A DNA stretch of 64,000 bases from the NCBI GenBank assembly GCA_010015585.1, contig ML975155.1, one strand, 5' to 3'. Origin of the DNA: Eremomyces bilateralis CBS 781.70. Taxonomy: Eukaryota. Each line of letters starts with the position of its first letter. Within the stretch, counting starts at the first letter, position 1. Shown here in pieces: positions 23,755 to 37,720 of the stretch. Under the pieces are notes generated by a model. It was not told the origin of the DNA, did not search any database, and was given only the letters and a program-made list of their open reading frames with translations. Both the position numbers and the translations under genes were made by a program.

Positions 23755-24821
23755 ACCCCGGAATTTCCTTGAAAAGTCCCCACCCGAAGGAAGCATGGAT
23801 GGATGGACCGACGAACGGATCCATCCAATGACGAATCATGTACTACCCTCCTCGTTTTGCTCGAATCACTGGTTGGCTGGCTTAGTAGCGCCACCGTCCG
23901 CAGTCAGTCCTCACAGAGACTATGTTCTACATCTGTTGTTTTGTTCGGTTTTCTTTTAGAAGGGGACGGGACTTTTGGGGATGTATGAAATAGCGCATAT
24001 GTTACCTTGATACTTACCTTGACACTTGCTGTGCCGTGCCTTACCGTGCCTTACCATGCCTTGATGGGACGCGTATCTCCCATCCCTATCGTCTTGATTT
24101 CTATGTCCATGACCCGTGCTGCTCGCTTCCTGCGCGTCGATCCTTCGTTTCGCGTCGGGGGATGCCATCCCTATGGCGCGACGGAGCCACGTCATCGTCC
24201 CTTCGATCGCGTCACTTCGGAGACAACGGTGCGGTGAGGTTCGCCGTGAGTCACCAGGCTGCTAGACTTGGGGGTGGGGGGGATTGCTCGCCGCGTCGTT
24301 AGATGGACTGACGCGGGGTGGGGATGGAGGATGGATGAAATCGGAGGGATTATCAACGTGAGCGTGCGGTGTGGGAGAAGCGGATGTGATGCCTCATGGT
24401 CGGTGGTAGGATGGTGAGTGAGGAGAACAGACTGTGGACCATGGGATGGGATGGCCTCCATGCCGGGTAGTAGCGGTTCGTCTTGACTCTTGAGGTAATT
24501 TAAGTACCCCGGCAACGGGGGATGATCGATATAAATACGAATATGGACATGATGACGTCCGAGGGAGAGATCGGCCATATTCCTTCGGAGTCCTTGCGTG
24601 GTGGTGTCCACTTGTGCGCCTGCTACTATAGGAACCTGAAACCTGAAACCGTGACGAATCAGCAAATGATCTACTGTCGGCTGTCGCACGATGAATCGGT
24701 AACTGATCGACGAGAGGTTCAGTTATCAGCTAGGTATCAGTTACTAGTTCTCGCCGTCCGAAACATCCGTACCAAAACGTAGGGAACCGGATTGTTCTCC
24801 AATTTCCCGAACAAGAAGGTG

Positions 24822-24830
24822 GTCACGTGA
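24822..24830. promoter_or_regulatory. Extended E-box (GTCACGTGA), possible Cbf1-type bHLH site
   Basis: Exact motif about 90 bp upstream of the LTA4H start. Function is not shown. Confidence 0.35.
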
Positions 24831-24916
24831 ATGCCGATCTATTTACCAAGTTCTTCACCACCGATCGAATGATATAACTCCGTTTATTGTCATCATTCCA
24901 ATCCCTTTCCCTTCCT

Positions 24917-27150
24917 ATGAAACCCTACTCGCCATTCCGGCTCTTTCAGTCCCTCAAAATCCCTCTCCACTCGATCCGCATCCGCTCACTTTCCAGCGTC
25001 TCGTTGGCCAGCCCATCCCGGGAACGTGAATCCCAAACGACGAGTCCCAGCGCGATGATGGCGCGGATCGGCAGCGCGGTGCGAGATCCGAACACGCTGA
25101 GCAACTACGATGAGTTCGTGACGAGGCATATTACGGCGAATCTGGAGGTGGATTTCGAGGGGAGGCGGTTGAGTGGGGATGTGGTGCTGCGGATGAGGAG
25201 CGTGACGGGGGAGGGGGATCGGGTAGTTTTGGATACGAGGTGAGATGATTGGAATTTACCGTTTTTGTTTAGTTGAGTTTAAGTTGCTTCTCTAAATTAT
25301 TCGTCGAGATTTCATTACTGTCAAAGATATTGATTACACGAGCAAGAAATAAGTTCGAGAGATATGAGATATGCCGCAATTCGTTTTGGATATCGCCGCT
25401 TTAGGCATGGAAGCAAGGAGTATCTGAGAACTCAATTAGAACTACGTTTACTTATCATTTATATAGCTATGTCGATATAAAAGGCATCTCCATCGGAGGC
25501 AAGAAAGCAAGCTGGGACATCGCTCCCCGAGTCGAACCATATGGTCGTCCGCTCGCCATCCTCCTGGGAGACGCCGTCCAAAAAGATCAGGAATTCGAGG
25601 TCTCTATCTCCCTCAGCACCACCCCCGAATGCTCGGCACTCCAATGGCTAGGTCCTGAGCAGACTTCAAACGGCCAGCATCCCTATATGTTCTCGCAATG
25701 CCAGGCCATCCATTGCCGCTCGATCTTCCCCTGCCAGGACACCCCGGACGTCAAGGCGACTGTGGATATCAACATCCGCTCACCGCTGCCTGTGGTGGCG
25801 GGTGGCTTGCCCACCGGAACAAGAGACTTCCAACCCGGAAAGGACGGGAAGCGGGGGACGCTGCTCTACACGTTCGAGCAAAAGCTCCCGATCCCGAGCT
25901 ATCTGTTTGCTCTGGCCAGCGGAGATCTAGCGACGGCGGCGATCGGACCGCGGAGTAGTGTGGTGACCGGTCCGGAGGAGCTGCAAGGGTGCAAGTGGGA
26001 GTTGGAGGAGGACATGGAGAAATTCATGGAGGCGGCGGAAGGGATTGTGTATCCGTACGCATGGACGACCTACAACGTGCTGGTTCTGCCGCCGTCATTC
26101 CCGTACGGGGGCATGGAGAACCCGATCTTCACGTTCGCGACGCCGACGATCATCAGCAAGGACCGACAGAACATCGACGTCATCGCGCACGAACTGGCGC
26201 ACAGCTGGAGCGGGAACCTGGTGAGCACCTGCTCGTGGGAGCATTTCTGGCTGAACGAGGGGTGGACAGTGTATCTGGAGCGACGGATCCTGGCCGCGGT
26301 GCATGGTGAGGCGCATCGGGATTTCTCGGCCATCATCGGATGGAAGGCGTTGGAGGACTCGGTCAAGCTCTACGGAGCGGACCATGAGTACACCAAGATG
26401 GTGCCGAACCTTAAAGAGGTGGATCCAGACGACGCCTTCTCTAGCATCCCCTACGAGAAAGGCTTCAATTTCCTATATCACCTGGAAAAGCTGATCGGCA
26501 AGGGGAAATGGGACCGGTTCATCCCCCACTACTTCACCGTCTGGAAAGCCCGATCCCTCGACTCCTTCGAGTTCAAGCAGACCCTCCTCGACTTCTTCGC
26601 CGCCGACGCCGACGCCTCCCAGAAACTCCACGACCTGGACTGGGACACCTGGCTCTTCGGCCCCGGCCTCCCGCCGAAGCCTGACTTCGACGAGACGCTG
26701 GCCAAAGAATGCTACGCCCTCGCCGATAAATGGGAACGCCGCACCACCGGTGCCGACGCCTCCTTCGCTCCGCAACCCAGCGACATCGCACACTTCAGCG
26801 CCAACCAGACTGTCGTCTTCCTCGAGCGCCTCCAAACCAGCACGACCCCGTTCCGCCCCGCGGACATGGAGCTGATGGGCGCGACGTACCGACTCTCTGA
26901 GTCGGCGAACGTCGAGCTCGTGTCGCGGTTCTATAGCCTGGCACTGAAGTCGCGGGCGGAGGCGTTCTACGCGCCGGCGGCGGAGCTGCTGGGGACGGTG
27001 GGACGGATGAAGTTCGTGCGGCCGCTGTATCGGGCGCTAAATGGGTGTGATCGGCAATTGGCGATCGCGACGTTCGAGCGGAATCGGGGGTTTTATCATC
27101 CGATTTGTCGGGGGATGGTGGAGAAGGATTTGTTTGGGGGTCAGGGGTAG
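24917..27150 (+). CDS. LAP2: Leukotriene A4 hydrolase / M1 leucyl aminopeptidase. Exons 24917 (or 25055)-25239, 25467-27150
   Basis: RDPNTLSNY, FSQCQAIHCRS, GGMEN, HELAHSW..WLNEG zinc motif, PYEKG and GRMKFVRPLYR. Confidence 0.95.
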
Positions 27151-30100
27151 AGTGGGAAGATGCTCGGGGTTGGAGAGGGGGAGAGGTGAAGCGGACGCAT
27201 TTACGGACGTGTCAATGGGCGGTGGGTAGTTGAGATGCTGTCTGGATGGGCTGAGGTTGGCTTGTCGATCTATCGAGACGGCATAGCTTCTTGGAAGCGT
27301 CGGTTGGAGTATTGCTTCTTTGAGGCTCCATGAGAACTTCGCAAGCCACTTGTCAAACCTGACAGGATCATCCTCTCCTACTTGCATGCCAGTTATGGGT
27401 TCCATCCCGTCCCTGCAGAACTACGGAGTATGTCAGCCATGTTTCCAGAGTGGCTCGAATTTACAAGGAGGGAACTTCATCGTCGTGGCTTACCCGCATT
27501 AAGTTTCTCTCCGCGGTGGTGTCAACGCTATCTCCTGTCGTACATATCCATGGCCCGTCCCATTCGGTTCGCTTCGTGCTGCTATACCTCTATCGTCTAG
27601 TAACATTTCCACCTAGATTTCAAATCCGTTTAGGTCCCGTTGGACTACCCGTATATGCGCCCTGCATGCACCATGCAATCCTCTGCAGAACGCAGTTCCT
27701 GCGAAAATTTTCCTTGCGGATGACCTGCGACTTGTCTCCGTTTGGGATCCAGTCGTTCTTCGGATAGGTACGCCATTGCTGACGTCGATGTTGTTAATCC
27801 ATCGAGACTCGATTGCGGTATTCGGTGAATCCGTGTCAGTGACAGCGACGACCGCAAATCGGCGCTGGCCGATGGGGACGGCCTGTCTTTAAGCGCGTTC
27901 GAATTTGAAGGGAGTCGGCGACTGCAGCAGTCCCTGAACCGCACGCGACAGCGACGTGCTCTTTTCTACCAAGGTACAACCCGAATGATTTGACAGGATG
28001 GCCGTCTCCGCTTACGAGGCTCGTTCAGCGCGGGGTGATCCGCCTCCAAGGGAGTCCCCCACGATACATGCCGTAGTTCCGATTCAGGCAAGGCATCCGA
28101 GACACGCTGCACCTCGTGCGTTGGTGGCATTGGCGGTCGCGGCCAATGGGATGCGAGCAGAGATTTGTGATTTTACCGGCATGGGAATTCACTTGATTTG
28201 GGGCGATTATGGAGGTGGTGAAATTACAGACGGGAGCGAAGATGGGGAAATAACAGGGACTACCTAGGGCAGAGGCGTAAGGAGTGTGCTCGGTCTCTGT
28301 CAGATGCTGCGAAGTCGAGGTGCTGTATACGGTTTGGGTGAGCGTTACTATTGGGTGAGGATGCCTATTGATTGTCTGCCAAAGGGATTCATTGACGGTG
28401 TTGGAAGGATATTCGAGGCGAGAATCGAGAAACGCCACGATGGTATGGCACGTTTTATGTATAGGAAATCTTGTCAGGATGGGAAAAGAGTGCAATATCC
28501 GAACAGGGAGAGGTGAGCAAAAGGAAGCGGTCGGTCAATCAGTGATCGCGCTGCGAAATAATTAATGTAGCCAATATTATTACGGGGCAATGGGTGCGTT
28601 CGGAAGAGAAAAGACATCGGCTTGGGAATTATCGTCGACGAAATGGTTTCGCGAAGCGCGAGAGGATCCTTTCCATTTCAACCTGATACTGCAGGGCTGA
28701 TGGAGATGAGATCGACGACTAATGAAGCCACTCCCCTAAAGATAGTACCTACAACCCCTTCACGGTCACACCGCTAGCAGTATACTATCTACCGTATGAG
28801 GTAGAGTGATCGAGCGATCTTGCAACGCGATCCTCGCATCCCATAATAATTCCACAATCCAACGTTTCCGCGGAGTTAAGTACTACAAGTGGTACCACCC
28901 AAATATCCAACGACTTGATAGCGACCTTATCTTCGGGTCTCGGGAACATATGGGAATGATACCAGACGACAAAGGATCGGGACAGCATCCAATATTCCGT
29001 ACATCTCCTCGGGTCCGACTATTCGAGGCGAAGGGCGTCGTTTGTTGCATAGGAGAAGCGGGAAGTCTGCATTCGATAGTCCGGTCGATAGGGCCAGGTA
29101 TGACAGGAGATAGCGTCGATTATTCCGATAGAGTCGCAAGATGCAAGTGAAGTAATTGTATTCAAGAACGGGAGAGAATCAAGAGATGTGCATCTATTAG
29201 TGCCTTTCTCACATCGCCGGCGCAGGAACGGTAACTACCTACTTACAGTAGCCAAGCCACGATTTCATTAGCATTACTGGAATACGATTCAGCACAGCTA
29301 GTTCCAGCGAGGAAAGCGAACCCCGTAATTACCATTTTCTCGTTCATATCGAAATTATATTGCGCCCCCACGCGCGGCTAGTCTCCCCCACGCGAACGGA
29401 TTTCACCGTATCCTATTCGCATCCTGGTCGGACTCAGTCGTGACTAGTCGGTGGCATTCATTTCTGGGGTTCGAGAATCTGAATATGTAGGAGTTTTGTT
29501 TGGACCAAGGTTAGTTGTTGGTTGACTGAATAATGTATTGTTGCTACCGCTACATTGCCCCAGTGGTAAGGCGATGGACTCCGCGCCGTCTTGGAAATAC
29601 AACTCGAGCCTCGACTAAATAATCGATAGTTCCCCCATTGTTTAATCGACCTGCAGGGCTGCATCGTGTTTATTCTGCTGGATTCTCGAACCAATCAGCA
29701 GGTCATTGAATCGACGAAATTCTTTGCAGTGCCTTTTGATTGGTGTTCGCGTTCAGCCCTGAGGACGGGTTTTGGATTCCCAAGTTCTTAGTTCAAGCAT
29801 CGATCTCATAACTTCACTAACCTATCGGTCCTATTCCAGAGGATTTTGTCTATCCAGAGGATCATTGTCCGAGACAGTTTCCCTCCAGATTCACCTCAAG
29901 GCGGTCAACCAAGCCACTCTGAAGTTTGATACCAAACCTCTCAGACCGGTTCGCCGCAGCCTCCACATTCCGCAATCTCGGCGACCAAAAGCCTGAGTAT
30001 ACATAGCAGACTCGTGAAACAATTGCGTTACTCCTCCTCCCATTGACCAATCCCATCCATCCTCTACTCTCCCCGCAGCGATCTGATCAACCGCCAGTAC

Positions 30101-32682
30101 GTAACTACGTAGCTTCTAACCCAGTCATCGCCTCAACGCCGAAGTGCACGATCTCCTAGGTGATCCACCGCAGACGCAAGGGAATGCACGCAATATGGAA
30201 TTCACATCATAAACTTTCCGTCGCCACCGTGTTCGTTCCCCCCAAGACTCCAATCGAGCGGGCTGGTCGGTGGTTGCAGGACGAGGAAGCTCTCCGACTT
30301 GGGGAATTGCAATCTGCGAGACATATCTGAGTTCTTTTGGGGGAGCGTGCTGATATGCGCAGATAACCAAACCTCCTGGTAGGTACATATACGGTAATTA
30401 CTTGTATCGACCAGAAAGGCGCTTGGAAGTTGGAACGGCTGGTAGGAGCATATTAGCACACGGTGCGAGCAATGCTACCGGGAACATCAACACCAACTGG
30501 AGTCATGGATGACCGATACGTATATCCGGAGGAGCACCAAGACCTTTTCTGTAAAATATGTCGCCGACTTCCCTTCTTTTTTTCCTTTTTCCCTTTTTTC
30601 CTGTGATACGGACCTGCCATCGAAGGGCTTTTTTTTGGGCGACGATCCCGAATCCGAGGACGTGGCTGTGAACGCCGTTGGTCGGTTGGTTGCAACTTGC
30701 TTACTTGCATCCCTATTCCGACCACCCACCAGGAACTCCGCATTTTCCGCATTTTCCGCGGGATGGCAGACCACGCCCCAGGCGGGAATGCCCATTCGCT
30801 ACCGGGTTTACTCTATTGGAAGGGAGCGAGACGCTAACGTTGGTCATTTCTGCAGTTGATGTGCAGTGCGGAGGTACTTGATACGCCTTTTAATATGAAC
30901 CTGCTTAGGTGGTTTTTGGTGGCGGTGGACGGGACCTTTCTGGTTTCCACGGTTGCAGTGCTGTGCCGCGACGCCGCTCTCTGCTGGCTGTGTCCCATAA
31001 CCGAACTGGATCGATTCCTTCGGAATGGGATTTCCTTCCCGGATGCCCTAGACTGAAATCAAAGCCCATAGTGAGTGAGGAGAGTGGTGAGAGCCGCATA
31101 TCGAAAGCCAAGGGGATTTGAAAGAACGAAAACGGACTAAAGCTGCTTCCCCCCTGGTCCCGTTTCCCTGCAGCTTGGCACGCTAGCTCGGCCGGGAGCC
31201 TGGGCATGCAATGTGACATGCAGGCTTGACGGCAGGTGCCCCACCATCCTCGAGGCTAGGAGGGAGTAGGGAGGGGCGTTCCCTCCCCAAATGCCAGGTT
31301 TCCCCCGGTCCGACAGTCCCCCCCTCCACGTTTCCCGCAATCCCGTCAGTCGCTGCTGCTGCTCCTGGAGTGGCAATGAGCAAGGGCCCGGTCGCTCAAC
31401 TCTTGGCTGCGAAGGAAACGGCCTCCATTTGCAGCCTCCATTTGCAGCTGCCCTCAGGAAATCATTCGGAAATTTTCGATCCTCTCCTCAAGACGTATTT
31501 CTCCCCCACTCAGGTGACTGGCTATTGGTAGAATTGGCTTGACTGGCTTCACTGAAGTTGAGAAAGAGTAAGGGAGTTTGTGTGTCTGTATGTTCTGTCC
31601 AATCCAGTTCAGTTAAAAGTCTCCTGGTATGGTGGTGTCAACGTCTCGCGCAAGTCGCCTTTTCCCTGTCCTTACCTATTGTTCTTAGCACCCCCCAATT
31701 AAGATCGTTCCCGCAAATACCCATTTGGTCATTTCTCATCAATTCTCACTTGTCAATGGAATCCGTTCATAAGGACAGAAGCCCACGCCTGGTCCCCGCC
31801 ATCGTTCTGAACCTCCAAAACCCCCATCCTTCTCCCCACGCCAACTCCCCCCCAACCACCAGATCTCCCTCCGCAGTCCACAGTCCACCCCCAAACTCTC
31901 ACCTCCAATCCCTCGACGGTGGTACGGACTACCATTCACCACAGTAAACCAGGTCGTGCGCCTGTCCGCGCGTTGCCCCAAGAATTAAGGTAATTCGCTA
32001 CTGTCCTGTATTCCTTACTCCACGTCCCTCCACGTCTACCCCATACTTGTCCCCGAACCGCTGTGGATGGTCTCTCTCGGCCCGCACGGAACGGGAAGCT
32101 TTCTGTTAGTGGTCGTCATTAGACATCGAGCGACCTCCGACAGCCAAAGCCAGCCTGCGCCAAAGGGAGAACGGTTCGACCGCCAGACACCTCGCACACA
32201 CACCACCGTACGACCATAGGTGTATCTCTCACCACCGGATGTACTCCAGCATACCCGTCTTTTCCAATGCATTTCCGCTCTCTCCAATTCACCGTGACAC
32301 TATTTCCTCATTCTGCGACCGTTGGGTATTGCGACTTCGATTTCTAATTTAGAAGTCCAGATCGCGTTTCGCATCGGCATGATCGCCGAGGCAGCGGGAC
32401 GTTGCAAGTCACGATCCACCCGTCTGGAACCTGCATCCGGACGTTTCTCCGTTGAGAGGACCACATCCGACATCCCACGATCCACTCCAACTACTAGTAC
32501 GCCTCAATAACAACGCCCGAGTCAACCAGACGATCTCTTCCCCGGAGTCTGAGCACGCGTCTTCGCGTTACTAACTCGGCCCGATCCTGGTGAACCTCAT
32601 CCTCAATCAAGACATTTGGCACACGACACTCCATCGCACCTCCTCAGCACAGCTCCTCTCCGCCCATTGCGCGGACCAGATC

Positions 32683-35600
32683 ATGTCTGCGCAGATCCTC
32701 CCTTTCCCCGTCGGTAACCCATTGACCTCGCTCGGGGACAGCAACAACACCACTTCCACCAACCCTCCTCCATCACAATACCCCACCTACCCATACTCAT
32801 CTCATCCCCCTCCGACTCCTCTCCATCCCTCCCTCCCCCACCACCCGTCTCCCCCGGTGACCGCCGCCAACCCCTCCATGGCCCACGATCCCATGGACGA
32901 ATCCGGCCTCCCCGTCTCGCCGACCACCTCGCACGACGATACGCGCGGCCGACGTCGCGATCGAGCGGGCAGCGATGACGGGAACGGGGACGGCGACAGC
33001 AACGGCACGGGTCCGGGGTCCGCGGAACATCCTGGGTCGAGCAAGAAGCGACGGCGCAGTCGGAAAGGACTGGATAAGAAGTTTGAGTGTCCGCATGAGG
33101 GGTGCGGGAAGAGCTATTCGAGGGCAGAGCATCTGTATCGGCATCAGTTGAATCGTAAGTGGCATGCCTGTTTCATGGTCTTTTCAATCTATGCGTTGAA
33201 GTCAATATATGGGAATAGCTGGATTCGATGTGAGGGGCTGCGAGCTGGAATATGGTGATATACGTCTCCAGCTTTTGAACAGCGCGAGACTATCGTTCAT
33301 TGGAGACGTAAGGGGTTCCACCAACTTGAACAAGCGCAGGCGTACCCTCCGGACCATGAAGTCTTCGATCCGTGCTCATTCATATCAAGTACCAGGCACA
33401 TCAACTTGGATCTGAAGTCGACGTGTCAAAGGGATTCCCACTATTTGCAGAGGCTAACTCAATACTAGACAACCCGAAACAGATATATCACTGCGATTTC
33501 CCCGAATGCAACCGATCATTCGTCCGCCAAGACCTATGTGCTCGACATAAGGAACGCCATACCGCTCGAGGCTCTCAACTCCTCCGCAAAGACACGTACA
33601 TGACGAACACCAATGCGAACCATATCGTGAACAGCGCACTTAGTCAACAAGCGTCTCGAGTTGTCCCGTCCGGGAGCCCACCGTCGGAGCGACCTGGAGA
33701 TCCTAACTTCCAGAACAACTCGTCCTACCCAGGCGCACAATCTCAGCGGTTAGTCGAACGCCCCTTTATCACACCGTCCCCCGTCCTTGCTGCAACCACT
33801 TTCGCTCCTCACTCGGCCTCTCCGCGCGACCACTCCCTGCCGTCGCCCTCATTCGAGGCTGCCACGCTCTCCAGCCGGTCCCGGAGCGACGAGAGTTACC
33901 GCATGTTTGACGCTGGTCCTCGCGCCATCCCGGCCCAATCGTTCCCCAGCCCGCAACGGCAAACCTCATTCGGCAGCGGAGGCTACGGCCAATTTGCGGG
34001 CTCCCAATTGAATCCGCCCTTAACGCCTACGTCGACCACCAACTTACCTGCTCTTAGTCTCAACTCTCCCTACAATTCCGCTTCCGGACAGTCCCAACCG
34101 TTCCGTCCCCCGAGCCAATCCGGCTACCAACCTTCCCCTGGCGCAAACAACTTCCAATCAAACGCTATGTTTCCGCCGATGTCGACTCTCCCTCCTCCGA
34201 GCTACCCAACCATGAGCCCGGCTACTACGGATGGAGCTTCCTCCAAAAACATACCCGCTCAAAGCTCGAACGCGATGGAGACCGAATATAATCCAATGAA
34301 CCAAGTCTCAGAGACATTAATGGAAAACATACCTAACTATGCCATGCCGGTTTTTGGGGGCGATGGATACAGCCGGTCTCCATTCGCCATGGCGGATGAC
34401 TTCGCTGCTTGGTTATTCAACAACGACTCCACCGTCAATCCTGGGGTTTCGCCGATGGGGTATAGTGGGGGCGTTTCGGGGATGATGGCCCAAACTCCGG
34501 TGGGTTTCCAGGCTCCATACTTCAGCTACGATCCGACGGTGAGCGGATGGAACTCGCAACCGGCGCCTCCAACGCATCCGATGGCCGTGAACAGCATCCT
34601 CGACACGAACATGGCGCAGTCACTGCTGTCTGAAGAAAGGAGACTGCTTCTCATCGATTATATCGACCAACACTTTGTTCACGGCGGCCGTCTCATGAAG
34701 GCAAAGCGGGACGAGATCCTGGAAGGAAACCGAGATGACGACAATCATCTCCTCAGTCTACGGATGATGCAGAAATACATTAGCTCGTTCTGGGACCATA
34801 TCCATGGCCAGATGCCGATCCTGCACAAGCCAACGTTCTCAGCAAACCAGTGCTCGGAATTGCTGTTGCTTTGTATTATGGCGCTCGGTGCCTCGTGTCT
34901 CGATAAGCGGTATGGCATGTCCATGACGACCAACTGCGCCGAGTTAAGCAACTTTTTGGCCTGGCACCTCCGATGGGAGATTTTCATGCACGAGGATTTC
35001 AGGCCGCCAGCAAAACTATACGTCTTCCAAGCGCTATTACTCCTCGAAACGTTCGAGAAGATGTTCTCCGACCGCGCCTTGCACGAGCGGGCGCACATCC
35101 ACCACGCCACGACGCTCACGCTCATGCGTCGCGGCAGTTCGTTGATCGGTCGCCCTGCGTCCGACTCTCCGCCAAGCGTCAAGGATCCGAAGACGGAGGG
35201 ACGCAAGAGCCACGCGAACGTGTCCGGAACCAACACGCCGGACGACTGGTGGAACAAATGGATCTCAAACGAGGCGACTCGTCGCGTGGCGTTTGCCGCG
35301 TTTGTGATGGACTCGATCCACGCGACCATGTTCGGCCATTCGGCGGTCATGGTGGCGCACGAGATGCGGTTGCCGCTCCCCTGCGACGAGACGATGTGGT
35401 CCGCCACCAACGGCGCCGACGTCGCGCGGATGGACCAAGACCTGACCCGTAAAGGCATCAAATCCATCACGTTCCTGGAGGGGTTGAAAAAGACACTCAA
35501 CGGGCAGGCGGTCCGTACCAACTCTTTCGGCCGCACCATCCTCATGGCCGGCCTCCTTAGTGTCAGTTGGCACATGAACCAACGCGACCTCCAAGTGTCC

Positions 35601-36428
35601 TCCCTCGGCGGCGCGCACGCGCTCGGCGGCCGCGACAAGTGGCGCGGCGCCCTCACCCGGGCCTTCGACTACTGGAAGCAAGACTTCGACACGGCGCTCG
35701 CGAAAACCAGCGAGCTCGCCCCCACCACCTCCACCTCCGCCTTCTTCAACAATAACCCCCCCGCGCCGTCCGCCCCCTCCCCCTCCCCCTCCACCTCCTC
35801 CGAACACGGCGACTATGTCTTCGAGTCGCGCATCGTGCTGCACCACCTCGCCCACATGGCGACGCACGTGGACATCGTCGACTGCCAGATCTTCGCCGGT
35901 GCGACCCGCCTCCTCGGCCGCTCCATCACCCCGCAGGACTACGCTGGCGCACAGCGCCGCATGAAAGAAGGCTGGGCGCCGTCCGCCCGAGCGCGCGACG
36001 CGACGTTCTACGCGCTGCGGTTCCTCACGCAGGTACTGGTCCCCGAGGAGGTGTCGTCCGGCGGGTTCGGAGGCGCACCGGAGTTCACGTACTCGGCACG
36101 CGATGACGTGTTGCTCAACCGGCCGTGGGTGCTGTACTTCGCGATGCTGATCGTGTGGTCGTACGGGTTCGCGCTGGACGGGGCGATCCGGCCGCTGTAC
36201 GGTCTGGGATCGCACGGGGAGCAGGTGCGCGACATGCAGGGGTTCCTGCGGCGAGTGGGCGGGGTACGGGCGCCGGATGACCTGGCGACGGTGGCAAATC
36301 GGAACGCGTGCTTGGGGATGTTGATTTTGTTGCGGGATATGTTTCGGCAGGCGAGGTGGACGTTGTTGTGGGAGGCGAGTAATTTGTTGGGGAATTGCGT
36401 GGAGAAGTTGACGGGAGAGAGGGCGTAG
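32683..36428 (+). CDS. Transcription factor with two C2H2 zinc fingers and a fungal-specific TF middle domain. Exons 32683-33154, 33469-36428; start codon uncertain
   Basis: FECPHEGCGKSYSRAEHLYRHQLN|H followed by YHCDFPECNRSFVRQDLCARHKERH; FWDHIHGQMPILHKPTF and EATRRVAFAAF motifs. Confidence 0.92.
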
Positions 36429-37321
36429 GAGGGTGCATATAGTTGGCTATTTCTCTTGGGGGTGTCGTCGTGAGCGAGCGATGACGGATGGACGGTGGGG
36501 CTTGGGACGTGTTCCCAATATACATGTTGATGACCTTTCCTTCTTCCTTCTCTTCTTCCTCGTGGAGTTCATGCTCCGTTTCTTTGTTTTCCACTCAGCC
36601 AGTCAGTCCGACCAGTGGGCTCCTCTCCCGGTCGGCAGATTTTCACGACGCGTTCATGCACATTACATTACATTACACCTCAGCTCGGGTGGTTGATGGG
36701 TGTTCTTTAAGCTTCTTTGCCTTGGGGAGAGGTCGCTTTTGGGGAGGCATTTGTTGTTGGTGGATGTTTGCCATAGTTCTGGTTGGTTGGTTGCGTGGGC
36801 GGTGAATTGTTGCAGCGTACGAGCAAGCGAAGTCGGTGGATCACAGTCTTTTCAGTATACCCATTGATTTCGCTTTTGCCTGGTGGGGCGATATACGTTT
36901 TTCGTTTTTGGCTTTCTCGCGTCGGGTGGGTGGGTGGACAGGCAGCGAGCGTCTGGGGCGGAGTGGCGAGCGTTTTGTTCCTCAGATATCCGTGCTCTGG
37001 CATTTTGAGGGGTCACGGAAAGGAAGCAAGCAAGCGGTGATTTTATCACGGCTCTCAGCGAATGAGCGGGGGAGATGGCGTTATGGGTTCCATTGGTGGA
37101 TGCGTATAGGTACAGATATATGGTTTACAAATATTTGAAGGATTTCGCAGCTCAGGTCGTTTCATGAGGTTTCCATCCGTGAATAGCTAACTGACTGACT
37201 GACTGACTAAAATTCCCAGGCGCCCTGTCCCGGTCTTCGAATGCTCCAAGCATATCCAAGTCCGAACTCCATCATCCAATCATCCTAGCCATCATGACAT
37301 CCCTCATCAAATCATCACCCC

Positions 37322-37720
37322 CTACTTCCCCCCCTTCTTCCCCTCTTCCTCCCTAAACCCCCACCCCTCCTCCAACCCCAACGGATTCTTCCCAGTCCGC
37401 TCCCGTCCCGCGACGCTCTCCTTCCCATGCTTATAACTATCCCGATTCTCCCCCCCCAGCACCTCCATCTTCTCCTCTTTCTCTCCCGTCAGCGGGCCCA
37501 GGACGGGTCGCGTGATACCGCCGACGGCTTTGGTGAGCGGAGTGGTGAGGGTGGAGACGGCGGAGCCGAGGGGTTGGAGGGTGGTGGAGAGGGCAGCGCC
37601 GGCGGGGTCAGCGAGGTGGTGGATGGAGGCGCGGTAGGGTTGTTGGTCGGAGGAGGGGTCTTGAGGGTTGGTGGAGGAGGGGTTGTCTTTGGGGACGGGG
37701 ATGTGTTCGTGTTCAGGCAT
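37322..37720 (-). CDS. Small hypothetical protein (132 aa)
   Basis: ATG-started ORF with codon bias typical of this genome. PLTKAVGGITRPVLGP and GRERTGKNPLGL resemble small fungal hypothetical proteins. Confidence 0.7.
   Translation of the reverse strand: MPEHEHIPVPKDNPSSTNPQDPSSDQQPYRASIHHLADPAGAALSTTLQPLGSAVSTLTTPLTKAVGGITRPVLGPLTGEKEEKMEVLGGENRDSYKHGKESVAGRERTGKNPLGLEEGWGFREEEGKKGGK

Noticed and set aside
23771..23976. RNase MRP/P-like GAAAAGTCCCC motif with complementary GGGACTTTT
   Set aside because: It starts 17 bp after the Set3-like stop, pairs over only 9 bp, and lacks the other conserved regions. At most a 3' UTR fold.
25240..25466. Intronic snoRNA in the long LTA4H intron
   Set aside because: No convincing box C (RTGATGA) and box D pair with a terminal stem.
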